A DNA stretch of 30,208 nt, from positions 1 to 30,208 of IMG/VR virus record IMGVR_UViG_3300027712_000099; one strand, given 5' to 3'. Both the position numbers and the translations under genes were made by a program. Positions 6,269-16,500 of this stretch are shown in pieces. The number at the start of each line of letters is the position of its first letter. The first letter of the stretch is position 1. The notes below the pieces were generated by a model that made no database searches, was not told the origin of the DNA, and was given only the letters and a program-made list of their open reading frames with translations. This DNA comes from a virus. Taxonomy: Duplodnaviria > Caudoviricetes.

Positions 6269-9244
6269 ATGTACGATGGTCCTAAAGTAACGGTCAATGG
6301 ATATACATTTGTAGAAACCGGCGGCGGCAATGTCATTATGTATGGGCCCGGCATACGCAGTGCTGGATATGCTGTTGGCCCAGCTAACAACCTGTCTCCT
6401 GCTGATTTTGCTAAATTAATAGATAATCCAAATAATGGACCTGAGGCAACAGCAGCAATTACTGCGTTTTCTAATGACGCTCAATCTGTAGGTTCAATCT
6501 CGGCAGGTCTTAAAGCTGCGTCACAACCACCTACTCCCAACCCAGACGCACCTAAAGTAGAAACGACAGAACAGCAAGCCCCAACCCCGCAAACAGAACA
6601 GCAAAACAAACAATATGTCAACTCTGGCGGAGCCAATGATGACAAAGGTAATGCTCCGGCCGCCGGACAAAATAACAATACAACAAATACAAATGCTTCT
6701 ACGGGATTACCTGCTCCAGCAATTTCTACACCCACTACACAGGGCGCGGACAAAGAAGTAACCAAATTAAAAGGTGTAGAAGTCTCTGTTAAAGACACAT
6801 TTAAATTACCTGGCAGAAGATTACAAAATCCACTAGGTAATTTTAGTAGCTATACATATCAAATATCATTATACATGATAACACCTGACGCATATAAAGC
6901 ATTTGTGGCATCAGGAAGAACTGATATAAATGCGGTTGATAGTGCAGCTGGAGCAGCTAGAGAAGTAGCAGCAAACATAGCAACAAGCAACAACGCCCCA
7001 ACTAGAACAGGTGAATTAGCCAATGGCAATACAGGAGGCAGCGGATCTCCTCCCCCACCACTAACTGCCAAAGCGGCCTCTAATTCTACCCCCGTGGGCG
7101 GAGCATATTTAATTGCTCAAAGCGGTGGTGTTAACTCAACAGAAAAACGTGCTCCGGGTTTTGATACAGATTTCTTTATGGATGAGTTAAAGATAACACA
7201 ATACTTGAATACTTCTTCTGCTGCCAATGCAGCAGATTTTAGTTTTACTATTACTGAACCGTATGGATTTTCTTTTACTACAAGATTGCGTAAAGCAAAT
7301 GATGCGCTAGCAGCAATCACCAAAGCAAAAAATGCTACTGATGTAAAGAATCCATCAAGACAATTTTTTGTATTAGGAATTAGATTTTTGGGATACGACC
7401 AAGACGGCAACATAATTGATCCTAAAAAAATACCCGGCGCTGATGGAGACCCTACTGGTAATTCGTCTGGATTATATCAACGATATTTTGATATAATGAT
7501 TAAAGAATTTAAATTTAGTATTACAGGCAAAACAGTAGTATACAACATAAAAGCTGCCCCAGTTAGTGATATAGCGGCACTCGGAACAAAAAACGGTATT
7601 GTTGGACCTGATACAACCGTGTTTGGTAAAACAGTAATGGATGCTTTAATGGGCGCCGACCGAGCAGGAACTAAACCGGGTGAACAAGCATCTACTACCC
7701 CAGCACAAACAGGCACTCTTGGTTTACTTACTAAATTAAATAGAGAAGAAAAACAAAAAGAAACGAATGGCGATATTGATATAGCAAATGAATATTCTAT
7801 AAACTTTGTGGGTGCCGAAGAGGGCCCCGATTCCTACGATTCTATTAGGGATGCTGAACTTATAAGCCAAAATGATTTAGATAAAAGAAAATGGGCAATG
7901 AATCCCAATATCACCAAGACTGATGAATCTAATGAAAGCAACGCAGAAAGTTTAGTACCGGATGATTCAGTAAGATCAATAGCAATTAAAAATGGTACCC
8001 CAATTATACAAGCAATTAATTCAATCATTTTACAAAGTAGTTTTATAGAAGGTACATTAAGAAGAATCTACACCTCTACTACTGCGCCTGACGGAACAAA
8101 AAAAGAATATGCTGCTAATGGGCAGGGCCCCGATAATAAAGATTCTGAAGTGCCAGCAATACGTTGGTATAACCTTAGTCCGCAAATTGAAATAAAAGGA
8201 TGGGATACTAAAAGAGGAGATTGGGCATATAAAATTGTCTATAATATACAACCATATGATACCCCAATTGTAATAAGTCCATACGTAAACAAACAACGAA
8301 AATATTACGGGCCACATAAACGTTATAGTTATTACTATACTGGTAAGAATTCTGAGGTGTTAGCATACCAACAAGAAATGAACAATAATTATTTTATTAC
8401 TGCGACCCCGGGTATTAAACCTACAAGTTCATCACAGGGCGGCGCGACGGACGTGCCAATAAAAATAGGGTTACAGCCACAAGAGCAACCTGATCAAGGT
8501 AAATTGGGCCCAGGCCTGGAAGCACAAAATTCATATATGACAAGTTTATATGATCCTGGCGCATATGCTATGGCAAAGGTACAGATATTAGGAGATCCAG
8601 ATTTCTTAATGCAACCGTCAGCAGTGGGTATAAATGCTTTGTATAAACAATTTTATGGGGTAGACGGGTTTACTATAAATCCAAATGGTGGACAAGTTTT
8701 TATAGAAATTGATTTCAAAGAACCAGTTGATTATGATAACACCAACGGACAATTAAGTATTAACGAATCAATTTACTTTTGGAAATATCCGGCTGATGTA
8801 CAAAAAGATATTCAAAAACGTGGTGGCGGTGTAAGTTACACTGTTAAAACTGTTACTAGTACTTTTAGTAAAGGTAAATTTATACAAGATTTAGAATGTA
8901 ATATCAATACGTTCTCTGATCCAGGCGAACCAGATGAGCAAGGAAGACAAGCAAACGCTGAAGCAGCAGCTAATGCCGGATTTGTTCAAGCACCGGGTGA
9001 AAGGGCAAGAAGTGGCATTACTGCCGGCCCTGCAACAACGGCAAACGGTACTGCTACTACTTTAAATACAGGGTTTGCGAGTAGTGCTGCTACATCATTA
9101 CTTGTTGATGCTAATCAATCGGCTGCCGAGGTCTCACGGCTTACTAATATGGGCACTAATGCTCTAAACAATGTCGCAGCTGGGACATTGGGAACGATAC
9201 AGACTAAACTTGGACCAGTAGCAGATAACTTTGGACGAGGATAA
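6269..9244 (+). CDS. Putative baseplate hub protein (gp27/VgrG N-terminal-like)
   Basis: 991 aa between gp53-like and gp5-like genes; NPLGNFSSYTYQISL, FTITEPYGFSF, AKVQILGDPDFL and VTSTFSKGKFIQDL resemble hub proteins. Assignment is mostly positional. Confidence 0.6.
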   Translation: MYDGPKVTVNGYTFVETGGGNVIMYGPGIRSAGYAVGPANNLSPADFAKLIDNPNNGPEATAAITAFSNDAQSVGSISAGLKAASQPPTPNPDAPKVETTEQQAPTPQTEQQNKQYVNSGGANDDKGNAPAAGQNNNTTNTNASTGLPAPAISTPTTQGADKEVTKLKGVEVSVKDTFKLPGRRLQNPLGNFSSYTYQISLYMITPDAYKAFVASGRTDINAVDSAAGAAREVAANIATSNNAPTRTGELANGNTGGSGSPPPPLTAKAASNSTPVGGAYLIAQSGGVNSTEKRAPGFDTDFFMDELKITQYLNTSSAANAADFSFTITEPYGFSFTTRLRKANDALAAITKAKNATDVKNPSRQFFVLGIRFLGYDQDGNIIDPKKIPGADGDPTGNSSGLYQRYFDIMIKEFKFSITGKTVVYNIKAAPVSDIAALGTKNGIVGPDTTVFGKTVMDALMGADRAGTKPGEQASTTPAQTGTLGLLTKLNREEKQKETNGDIDIANEYSINFVGAEEGPDSYDSIRDAELISQNDLDKRKWAMNPNITKTDESNESNAESLVPDDSVRSIAIKNGTPIIQAINSIILQSSFIEGTLRRIYTSTTAPDGTKKEYAANGQGPDNKDSEVPAIRWYNLSPQIEIKGWDTKRGDWAYKIVYNIQPYDTPIVISPYVNKQRKYYGPHKRYSYYYTGKNSEVLAYQQEMNNNYFITATPGIKPTSSSQGGATDVPIKIGLQPQEQPDQGKLGPGLEAQNSYMTSLYDPGAYAMAKVQILGDPDFLMQPSAVGINALYKQFYGVDGFTINPNGGQVFIEIDFKEPVDYDNTNGQLSINESIYFWKYPADVQKDIQKRGGGVSYTVKTVTSTFSKGKFIQDLECNINTFSDPGEPDEQGRQANAEAAANAGFVQAPGERARSGITAGPATTANGTATTLNTGFASSAATSLLVDANQSAAEVSRLTNMGTNALNNVAAGTLGTIQTKLGPVADNFGRG

Positions 9245-9258
9245 CAACTAATTTATAT

Positions 9259-10710
9259 ATGGCAACAAACGAATTTAAACCAAGAGGTGAATCAAAATCA
9301 ACTAAGCCCGGCGCCGGTGGCGGCGTACTGCGTAATACCCCTACCTTAGGTATTGTAAAAAATAATATTGACACTACCCGCGCTGGTAGAATACAAGTAT
9401 ATCTAGCAGACTTTGGTTCAATTAATCCAGACGATAGTAGTAGTTGGGTAACAGTAAGTTATCTAAGTCCTTTCTTTGGCAATACAATGTCACAAGGCGG
9501 CACTAAAAAAGATGATTACGGAAGTTATACTAAAAATCCAATGTCATACGGCATGTGGGTTAGTCCACCTGACATAGGTAGTACTGTAGTTTGTATTTTT
9601 ATTAATGGTGATCCAAACTACGGATACTATATAGGTGGAGTTTTACCTCCTGAATTATTACAAATGGTTCCTGCCATTGGATCATCAGCAGGTGAAGTAA
9701 CATTTAACAAAGGGGAGTCAAATAGTTATGGCGGAGCAACTAAACTGCCTGTAACTAATATAAACACTAACAATAATGATATTACAAATACTTCAAAATA
9801 TTTAAATGCTGCTAAACCATTACATAGTTATTCGGCTCAAATATATTTTCAACAAGGTTTAATTAGAGATCCAGTTAGAGGACCAATATCAAGTAGCGCA
9901 TTACGTGAAAGTCCCTCACGAGTTGGGTGGGGAGTAAGCACCCCAGGCAGACCAATTTATCAAGGTGGCTATACAGATTCTACCATACGTCAAAATTTAG
10001 ATAAACCAGCAGCATCTTTAAAAGTTGTTTCACGTAGATCAGGACACAGTATTGTCATGGACGACGGAGATGTAGACGGAAAAGATCAGTTGATAAGACT
10101 TAGAACATCACTTGGACATCAAATATTGATGAGTGATGATGGTCAAACATTGTTTATTGTTCATGCTAACGGACAAAGTTACATTGAGATGGGAAGAGAA
10201 GGTACTATTGATATGTACGCTATGAATAGCGTAAACGTTAGAACTCAAGGTGATTTAAACTTACACGCTGATAACAATATTAATATTAATGCTAAAAAAG
10301 ATTTAAACATACAAGCCGACAATATAAAAATAAATGCTGAAACTGATATATCATATCGTTCAGGCGGCAACTTTAGTGGTTATACAATTGGCAAATATAC
10401 AATAAAAGTAGATGGGTCAATGAGTATGAGTGCAGGTGGCGAAGGTTCATATGCTGCCGGTCAACTAATGTATATTAATGGTAGCAAGATTAATTTAAAC
10501 ACTGGCGCTACATCAGTTACTCCGGCAGTTGTACCTAAAATACCTATTGTAGCACATACTGATACATTGTTTGATGCTACTAAAGGATGGGCAGCATCGC
10601 CGGGTTATTTGTTATCTATTGTTAGTCGTGCCCCGGCTCACTCACCGTGGGCAAGTGCTGGACAGGGTGTTAATGTTACAGTAAATAGTAATAGTAGTGG
10701 AGCATTTTAA
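9259..10710 (+). CDS. gp5: Baseplate central spike, gp5/VgrG-like (OB-fold plus beta-helix, no lysozyme domain)
   Basis: OB-fold motifs GIVKNNIDTTRAGRIQVYL and PPDIGSTVVCIFINGDPNYGYYIG; RSGHSIVMDD and RTSLGHQILMSD; beta-helix repeats (GDLNLHADNNININAKKDLNIQA). Confidence 0.85.
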   Translation: MATNEFKPRGESKSTKPGAGGGVLRNTPTLGIVKNNIDTTRAGRIQVYLADFGSINPDDSSSWVTVSYLSPFFGNTMSQGGTKKDDYGSYTKNPMSYGMWVSPPDIGSTVVCIFINGDPNYGYYIGGVLPPELLQMVPAIGSSAGEVTFNKGESNSYGGATKLPVTNINTNNNDITNTSKYLNAAKPLHSYSAQIYFQQGLIRDPVRGPISSSALRESPSRVGWGVSTPGRPIYQGGYTDSTIRQNLDKPAASLKVVSRRSGHSIVMDDGDVDGKDQLIRLRTSLGHQILMSDDGQTLFIVHANGQSYIEMGREGTIDMYAMNSVNVRTQGDLNLHADNNININAKKDLNIQADNIKINAETDISYRSGGNFSGYTIGKYTIKVDGSMSMSAGGEGSYAAGQLMYINGSKINLNTGATSVTPAVVPKIPIVAHTDTLFDATKGWAASPGYLLSIVSRAPAHSPWASAGQGVNVTVNSNSSGAF

Positions 10711-11408
10711 TGGCAAGAAGCACAGAATTATTAGATAGTCAAAATTATACCAACGCGGTAAAATTGCCACCTCCTAATCCAGTATCTCCTGCTACACTAT
10801 CTACAGTGCCTGCTGTAGGAACGGTGAGTGCTTCAATGAATCCTGGAGTATCTGCAGGTATGATTGGGGCAGCGGCAAGTCAAGCAGCAGGTGCATATCC
10901 AAGTGTTACCGGTCTTGGTTCAGCAGTTATAACTGATTCAACCGGTACTATTACTGCTGGTGTTGGTATGTTAGCAAAGACACCTAAACAAATGGAAGCA
11001 GCGGGAATATTAAAGCCGGGGTCAGCTGCATTAATTACCGGATTAATTCAACAAGGAATGCCGGTTACAGCAGCGATGACAAATAATTTGTTTACTGGTT
11101 TACCGGGTGCTGAAACTTTAAAAACATTTGTTAATAATATTCCTGCTCAAGCAGCATGTCAAATAGTTAATTTACAGCAAGCACAAACTGCTATGATGAT
11201 GACCGGAGCAATATCTGGGAAAGAACAACCCGGACTTGTTGCGGGAATAATAAATTCAGCAGCACAACTTGGAGTTAAAGCCACTAGCGCATTCCTACAG
11301 AGTACAGTAAATGTACAATCAGCTCCTCCACCACCTCCCATGACAGGTGGTACGGCCGTCTCAACTGGAAGTAGTTTGCGTGATTCTGGGTTAGGGAGAG
11401 CCGCATAA
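10710..11408 (+). CDS. Ala/Gly/Thr-rich hypothetical virion protein
   Basis: 232 aa ORF, TAATG overlap with gp5 and upstream GGAG; hydrophobic small-residue helices; TPKQMEAAGILKPGS. Confidence 0.7.
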   Translation: MARSTELLDSQNYTNAVKLPPPNPVSPATLSTVPAVGTVSASMNPGVSAGMIGAAASQAAGAYPSVTGLGSAVITDSTGTITAGVGMLAKTPKQMEAAGILKPGSAALITGLIQQGMPVTAAMTNNLFTGLPGAETLKTFVNNIPAQAACQIVNLQQAQTAMMMTGAISGKEQPGLVAGIINSAAQLGVKATSAFLQSTVNVQSAPPPPPMTGGTAVSTGSSLRDSGLGRAA

Positions 11409-13030
11409 TGGATATCCCTTCAGTAACTTCTTTGGCTAATGTAGCATCAACTATATCTGCCGGTAATTTTGCCTCAAATATGGCAACAACTGTAACCGGT
11501 GGATTAGGATCTATTACTAACGGAATAGCAGGCATGCCAAATCCTAATGCGTTGTTGTCAGGCGCTGGTGCTGATCTTACTAGTGGAGTAACTGGAGCAG
11601 CAGCCAACTTATTAGGCGGAGCAGCAGGCAATTTAACAGGCGCGGCAAGCAACTTATTAGGGGGAGCAGCAGGTAATTTAACAGGTGCGGCAAGCAACTT
11701 ATTAGGGGCCGCTGCTGGCAAGTTACCGGGGGGAGCAGGCGGCGCATTAGATTTATTGAAAGGTAAACTCCCCGGCATAAAGTTACCTGAAATTACAGGA
11801 TTAGCTGGAGCACTAGACGCTGCCAAAGGAATATCAGGATCAGCATTTGGTGCAATAACAAACTCATTTAAATCATTTACTCCCGGAATACCTCAAAACT
11901 TAACATCAATCGCTAAAAAGAATGCCGATCTATCAGCAGCAGCAGACGCAGCAAGCGCCGCGGCAGGTGGATTAACAAGTGGATTAACAGGCGCAGCAGG
12001 GGCACTAGCCGGAGCAGCAGGTGGATTAACAGGCGCAGCAGGGGCAGCATTAGGGTCAGTAACAGGTGGCGCATCAGCACTTGCTAGCGGAGTAAGCGCA
12101 TTAGCCGGCGGACAATCAGCCATAGCTTCAGTAACTAATTTTGCATCCGGCAGCGTAAGTGGGGTCACTGGAACACTAACCAATGTTAGCACATTGGCAA
12201 GTACATTATCCACTAGCGCATTGAATCAAGTCAGTACCGCTACTGCTTCATTAGGTGGAGCCGCTGGACTACTGACCGGCGGGGCATTAACAGGCGCAGG
12301 CGCTGCTTTGGCAGGCAATTTAACAGGAGCAGCAAGCAATTTGTTAGGCGGAGCAGCAGGTAATTTGACAGGCGCAGCAAGCAAACTATTAGGTGGAGCA
12401 GGAGCAAATTTAACAGGCGCGGCAAACAAACTATTAGGTGGGGCAGCTGGCGCTTTGGATGCATTAAAAAACGGCGCAGGTGGATTGACAGATATGGCAA
12501 AAGGTCTTGCCGCAGGAAAATTAGGGTTAGCTTCACTAGCATCAATGGGTTTATCAGGTAGCGCATCAGCCGCTTTAGCAGCTAGCATGAATTCATTAAG
12601 CGCATCAAGTCCCTTTCCAATTAAAATGCCACAAGTTGCTGTTGGTACAGTTGATAGAAGTGAGTTAGTTGCTGCTGCTTCAGTTGCGTTGGGTAATCCT
12701 ATAATCCCGGCACCAAATTATGCTGCCCCTAGCAGTGAGGAACTAAAAGCCCAACTAACTCGACTAGAAAATGTACAAAAGTTACGAGAAGATTATTCTG
12801 CTGCGGTAGAAAAATTTAATGCTGCTTTTGCGATAAGACATCCAGAAGCTAAGGCTGCGACGGCCGAGTATAGAGAAGCCAAAGCTAACTTACCTGAGGG
12901 TGATCCGGAACGTGAAGCAATATATGCCCGTAACAAACCTATTATTAATAGTTTTGTTATATGGGAAAAAGACGAACGTGCCAAACTTGAGGTAATGAGA
13001 AAAGCATGGTTAGATGCTCCTACACGTTAA
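11408..13030 (+). CDS. Gly/Ala/Leu-rich repeat protein with charged helical C-terminus (hypothetical virion protein)
   Basis: 540 aa ORF, TAATG overlap with upstream GGGAG; 15-aa repeats GAASNLLGGAAGNLT; the last ~100 aa are charged and coiled-coil-like. Confidence 0.75.
   Translation: MDIPSVTSLANVASTISAGNFASNMATTVTGGLGSITNGIAGMPNPNALLSGAGADLTSGVTGAAANLLGGAAGNLTGAASNLLGGAAGNLTGAASNLLGAAAGKLPGGAGGALDLLKGKLPGIKLPEITGLAGALDAAKGISGSAFGAITNSFKSFTPGIPQNLTSIAKKNADLSAAADAASAAAGGLTSGLTGAAGALAGAAGGLTGAAGAALGSVTGGASALASGVSALAGGQSAIASVTNFASGSVSGVTGTLTNVSTLASTLSTSALNQVSTATASLGGAAGLLTGGALTGAGAALAGNLTGAASNLLGGAAGNLTGAASKLLGGAGANLTGAANKLLGGAAGALDALKNGAGGLTDMAKGLAAGKLGLASLASMGLSGSASAALAASMNSLSASSPFPIKMPQVAVGTVDRSELVAAASVALGNPIIPAPNYAAPSSEELKAQLTRLENVQKLREDYSAAVEKFNAAFAIRHPEAKAATAEYREAKANLPEGDPEREAIYARNKPIINSFVIWEKDERAKLEVMRKAWLDAPTR
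11591..11731 (+). repeat. 45-bp coding tandem repeat, block 1 (TGAASNLLGGAAGNL, about 3 copies)
   Basis: Repeated caacttattagg...gcagcagg.aatttaacagg units; ends approximate. Confidence 0.85.
12313..12452 (+). repeat. 45-bp coding tandem repeat, block 2 (GNLTGAASNLLGGAA, about 3 copies)
   Basis: Same unit as block 1 with synonymous and few amino acid changes; ends approximate. Confidence 0.85.
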
Positions 13031-13035
13031 CCAAA

Positions 13036-13043
13036 CATAAATA
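13036..13043 (+). promoter_or_regulatory. Putative late promoter CATAAATA upstream of gp25
   Basis: Intergenic, one mismatch to T4 TATAAATA, followed by AGGA and ATG at 13060. Confidence 0.6.
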
Positions 13044-13059
13044 TTATATAGGATAAATC

Positions 13060-13509
13060 ATGCCATCATATATTGGATTCAGCACACTACACGCAAATAA
13101 ACCAAAATCTACTAACCTGCCTGCGTCTCCGCAGGGAGGGGTTGGATCAACAATTGGACCAGTTAATGTTGGTAATAAATTTGCTTTATATGATACACCA
13201 TTGGTTATACAAGACTTTATCAACGCATTAAATATTCAACAAGGGCAAAAAGTAGGTAATCCTGGCTATGGAACAACACTTTGGAGTTTCGTATTTGAAC
13301 CAAACACTTTGGATACTCAGTTTCAATTAGAAAACGAAATTCGTAGAGTAGCAAATCAAGACCCTAGAATGGTAGTAAATTCAGTGAATGCTTATCCTCA
13401 AGAAAATGGAATATTAATTGAAGTTGAAATGGCTATCAGCCCGTTTAATCAAGCACAAATGTTAAGCGTGTTCTTCAATAACGCTACTAATAGCGCAGTA
13501 CTACAATAA
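13060..13509 (+). CDS. gp25: Baseplate wedge subunit, T4 gp25-like
   Basis: NALNIQQGQKVGNPGYGTTLWSFVFEP...IRRVANQDPRM is the gp25/GPW pattern; immediately upstream of gp6. Confidence 0.9.
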   Translation: MPSYIGFSTLHANKPKSTNLPASPQGGVGSTIGPVNVGNKFALYDTPLVIQDFINALNIQQGQKVGNPGYGTTLWSFVFEPNTLDTQFQLENEIRRVANQDPRMVVNSVNAYPQENGILIEVEMAISPFNQAQMLSVFFNNATNSAVLQ

Positions 13510-13536
13510 AGCTAAAAAACCCTGGTTCTCAGGTAT

Positions 13537-13544
13537 GATAAATA
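13537..13544 (+). promoter_or_regulatory. Putative late promoter GATAAATA upstream of gp6
   Basis: Intergenic, one mismatch to TATAAATA, 17 nt before the ATG at 13562. Confidence 0.6.
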
Positions 13545-13561
13545 CTTAAAAGAGAATACTT

Positions 13562-16500
13562 ATGGCTACAAGTTCAAGACAATCAGCATTATTTGGGGTA
13601 AATGACTGGAAAGCCATTTACCAAACTTTCCGTGAGGCAGATTTTAGAAGCTATGATTATGAAACCCTACGCAAAAGTTTCATAGATTATTTGCGTCAAT
13701 ACTACCCTGAAACATTCAATGACTATATTGAATCCTCAGAATTTATCGCTCTACTTGATGTTATGGCGTTTATGGGACAAGGTCTTGCATTCCGTAACGA
13801 CCTAAACACCCGCGAAAACTTTATTGATACTGCTGAACGTAGAGACAGTGTTATCAAATTAGCTAATTTGGTAAGCTATACCCCTAAGCGTAATTTAGAA
13901 TCACAGGGTTATTTAAAAGTAACTAGCCTTCAAACTACACAAAACATTTCAGATTTGAATGGATTCAATCTAAGCAATACACCGGTATTATGGAATGATC
14001 CAGCTAACCCATCTTGGTTAGAACAGTTTAACACAATTATTAATGCAGCACTAATCAATACGCAACGTGTTGGGTTACCGGGAAATTCAGCACAAATTCT
14101 TGGTGTAAAAACTGACGAATATACTTTACAAATTCCAGCCGGCAGCTTGCCAGTCATACCGTTTAATTCAATTGTTAGTGGATTAAACATGAATTTTGAA
14201 TTATGTAGCGTAACTACAGTTGGTGAAAATTATGTTTATGAAATACCACCTGCGCCTACAAACAGATTCAATATGCTATATCGCAATGATAAATTAGGAT
14301 ATGGTAGTCCAAACACAGGATTTTTCTTTTACTTTAAACAAGGTTCATTGACTAACTTTGATTTTACATTACAACAACAAATAGCTAATCAAGCAATTGA
14401 TATTGATATTCAAGGTATTAATAATTCTGATACATGGTTATATGAAATAAGCAGAACAAACGGTGCGTTTGGACCATGGACAAAAGTAGATAATATATAT
14501 GCGGATGCATATCTTCAAACTGAAAATAGTGTTAAGAAAATCTTTTCAGTTAACAGTAGATTTAACGACCAAGTAACTTATATATTTGGTGATGGTGTGT
14601 TTAGTGAGATACCAGTTGGTAACTTTAGAGCATATGTTCGTGCTGGCAATGCATTAACCTATACTATACAGCCTACTGAAATGCAAGGACTATCAATATC
14701 ATTTAATTATGTAAGCAGAGTTGGTCGTCAAGAAACATTAACGTTTGGTTTATCTTTACAAGTTCCAGTATCAAATGCTCAAGTACGTGAATCACTTGCT
14801 GATATTAAACAACGTGCGCCAAGTCGTTACTATACACAAAATCGTATGGTTAATGGAGAAGATTATAATAACTTCCCGTATACACTGTATAGTTCAATTA
14901 TCAAATCAAAGGCTATTAATCGTAGTAGTGTTGGTGTAAGTAAAAATTTAGATTTACTTGATCCAACTGGTAAGTATAGTAGCAGTAATAGCTATGCCAA
15001 TGACGGTGGAGTTTGGTTAAATGATACTGAAGGCTACGCCCTACTTACAATAAACAGTTTAAGTGACATCACAACATTTTTGAATAGCACGTTGTCTGCT
15101 ATATTAGAAGATAATAGGTCTTTACAATATTATATTCAAAATTATCCTAGATATGCTATTGGCCCAACAATTACTGAACAGAGTACAGCAGTAACTGATC
15201 CAAATGAATCTGAAGTCTATTGGCAAACAAGTACAGTCGATGCTAATAGTTCTACTGGATATTTTTATGATATTCTTAATTTAGCAGATACTCCAATTCC
15301 AGTTGGTACTTATTCAACGTATAATACAAAATATATAACAAAAGGTGCTCTATTAAAATTCATAGCACCATCGGGTTATTATTTTGATACCAACAATAGA
15401 TTAGTAAGTGGCGTTGCTACAGCATCTAATAAATCATATATGTGGACCACTGTGTTAAATGTAATTGGTGATGGATATAATAATGGATTAGGTCAATTTG
15501 CAAACGGCACCGGCCCAATAACAGTTAATGGATATGTTCCATCTGCTGCTCAGTTAATAGTTGTAATCCCTTCATTTGATAACGCATTGCCAAATACTGT
15601 TATTAATGAAGCTACAGTTAGATTAGATTTACAACAAAACTTTTCACTAGTGTTTAATAACTCATTAACTATCGCACAGCAACGCTGGAGTGTACAAGCA
15701 TATAATAACTCTGCTTATTTTGTTAATTTTGAAAGTGTAGGGTACAACAGATATACCGTAACATATAGGTCATTGGCTTATTATTTTGGTAGTGTAGCAG
15801 ATACTAGATTTACATACGAAGCAGGTAAACTAGTATATGATCCGTTTTCGGGAATAATTTTACAAGATTTTGTAAATGTTTTGGCTACTAATACGCAACC
15901 CGGCTCAAATTATCCATTAACTCAGCCAGTGAAGGCAAGTATAATTGGTCAAACTATTGAAACTGATGGCTACGTAAATGATTTTGAAGTTGAAATTGCT
16001 AGTATAGATGTTAATAACAGAACAGTAATAGAAAATCCAGACTTCTTTAATGAGGTTACAGGATATGTGACCGGTAATACTAATATTGGTATATACACTT
16101 TCTTTGAACAGATACAAGATGCGGTTAATTTAACTAGAGCAGAATTAATATCATCATCCACTGTGATATATCAATATGCCACAGCTAGCCAAATTGAGAT
16201 TGTAAAATATGAATATCCAGAAGGACAATTATTTTACGCATACAATGAGACAGATGCTGCTGGACTACATAATGTATTTTACATTACAGTACAAGATCCA
16301 ATGATTAATACTCCATATTATACTTTAGTTGTACAACCGCAATATAGTATGAGACCAGGTCGCCAAGGCTTACAATTCCAATATCGTCACAATAGCAATA
16401 ATACTACACGAATTGATCCTGCTACAACAAATATTATTGATTTATATGTAGTAGAGCAAGCATATTATACTGCTTATCAAAATTGGATACAAGACATAAC

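Noticed and set aside
10695-10715. Programmed frameshift fusing gp5 to the next ORF at GCA TTT TAA TG
   Set aside because: No X XXY YYZ heptamer in the right frame; a +1 slip on TTT T gives the wrong frame; the -1 frame has a TAG five codons upstream; an SD supports re-initiation.
11159-12984. Minus-strand Pro/Ala-rich ORFs over the Gly/Ala repeat gene
   Set aside because: Expected mirror of GGN/GCN codon repeats that lack antisense stops.
13521-13533. CCTG-N5-CAGG hairpin between gp25 and gp6 as terminator
   Set aside because: Only a 4-bp stem and no U-tract.
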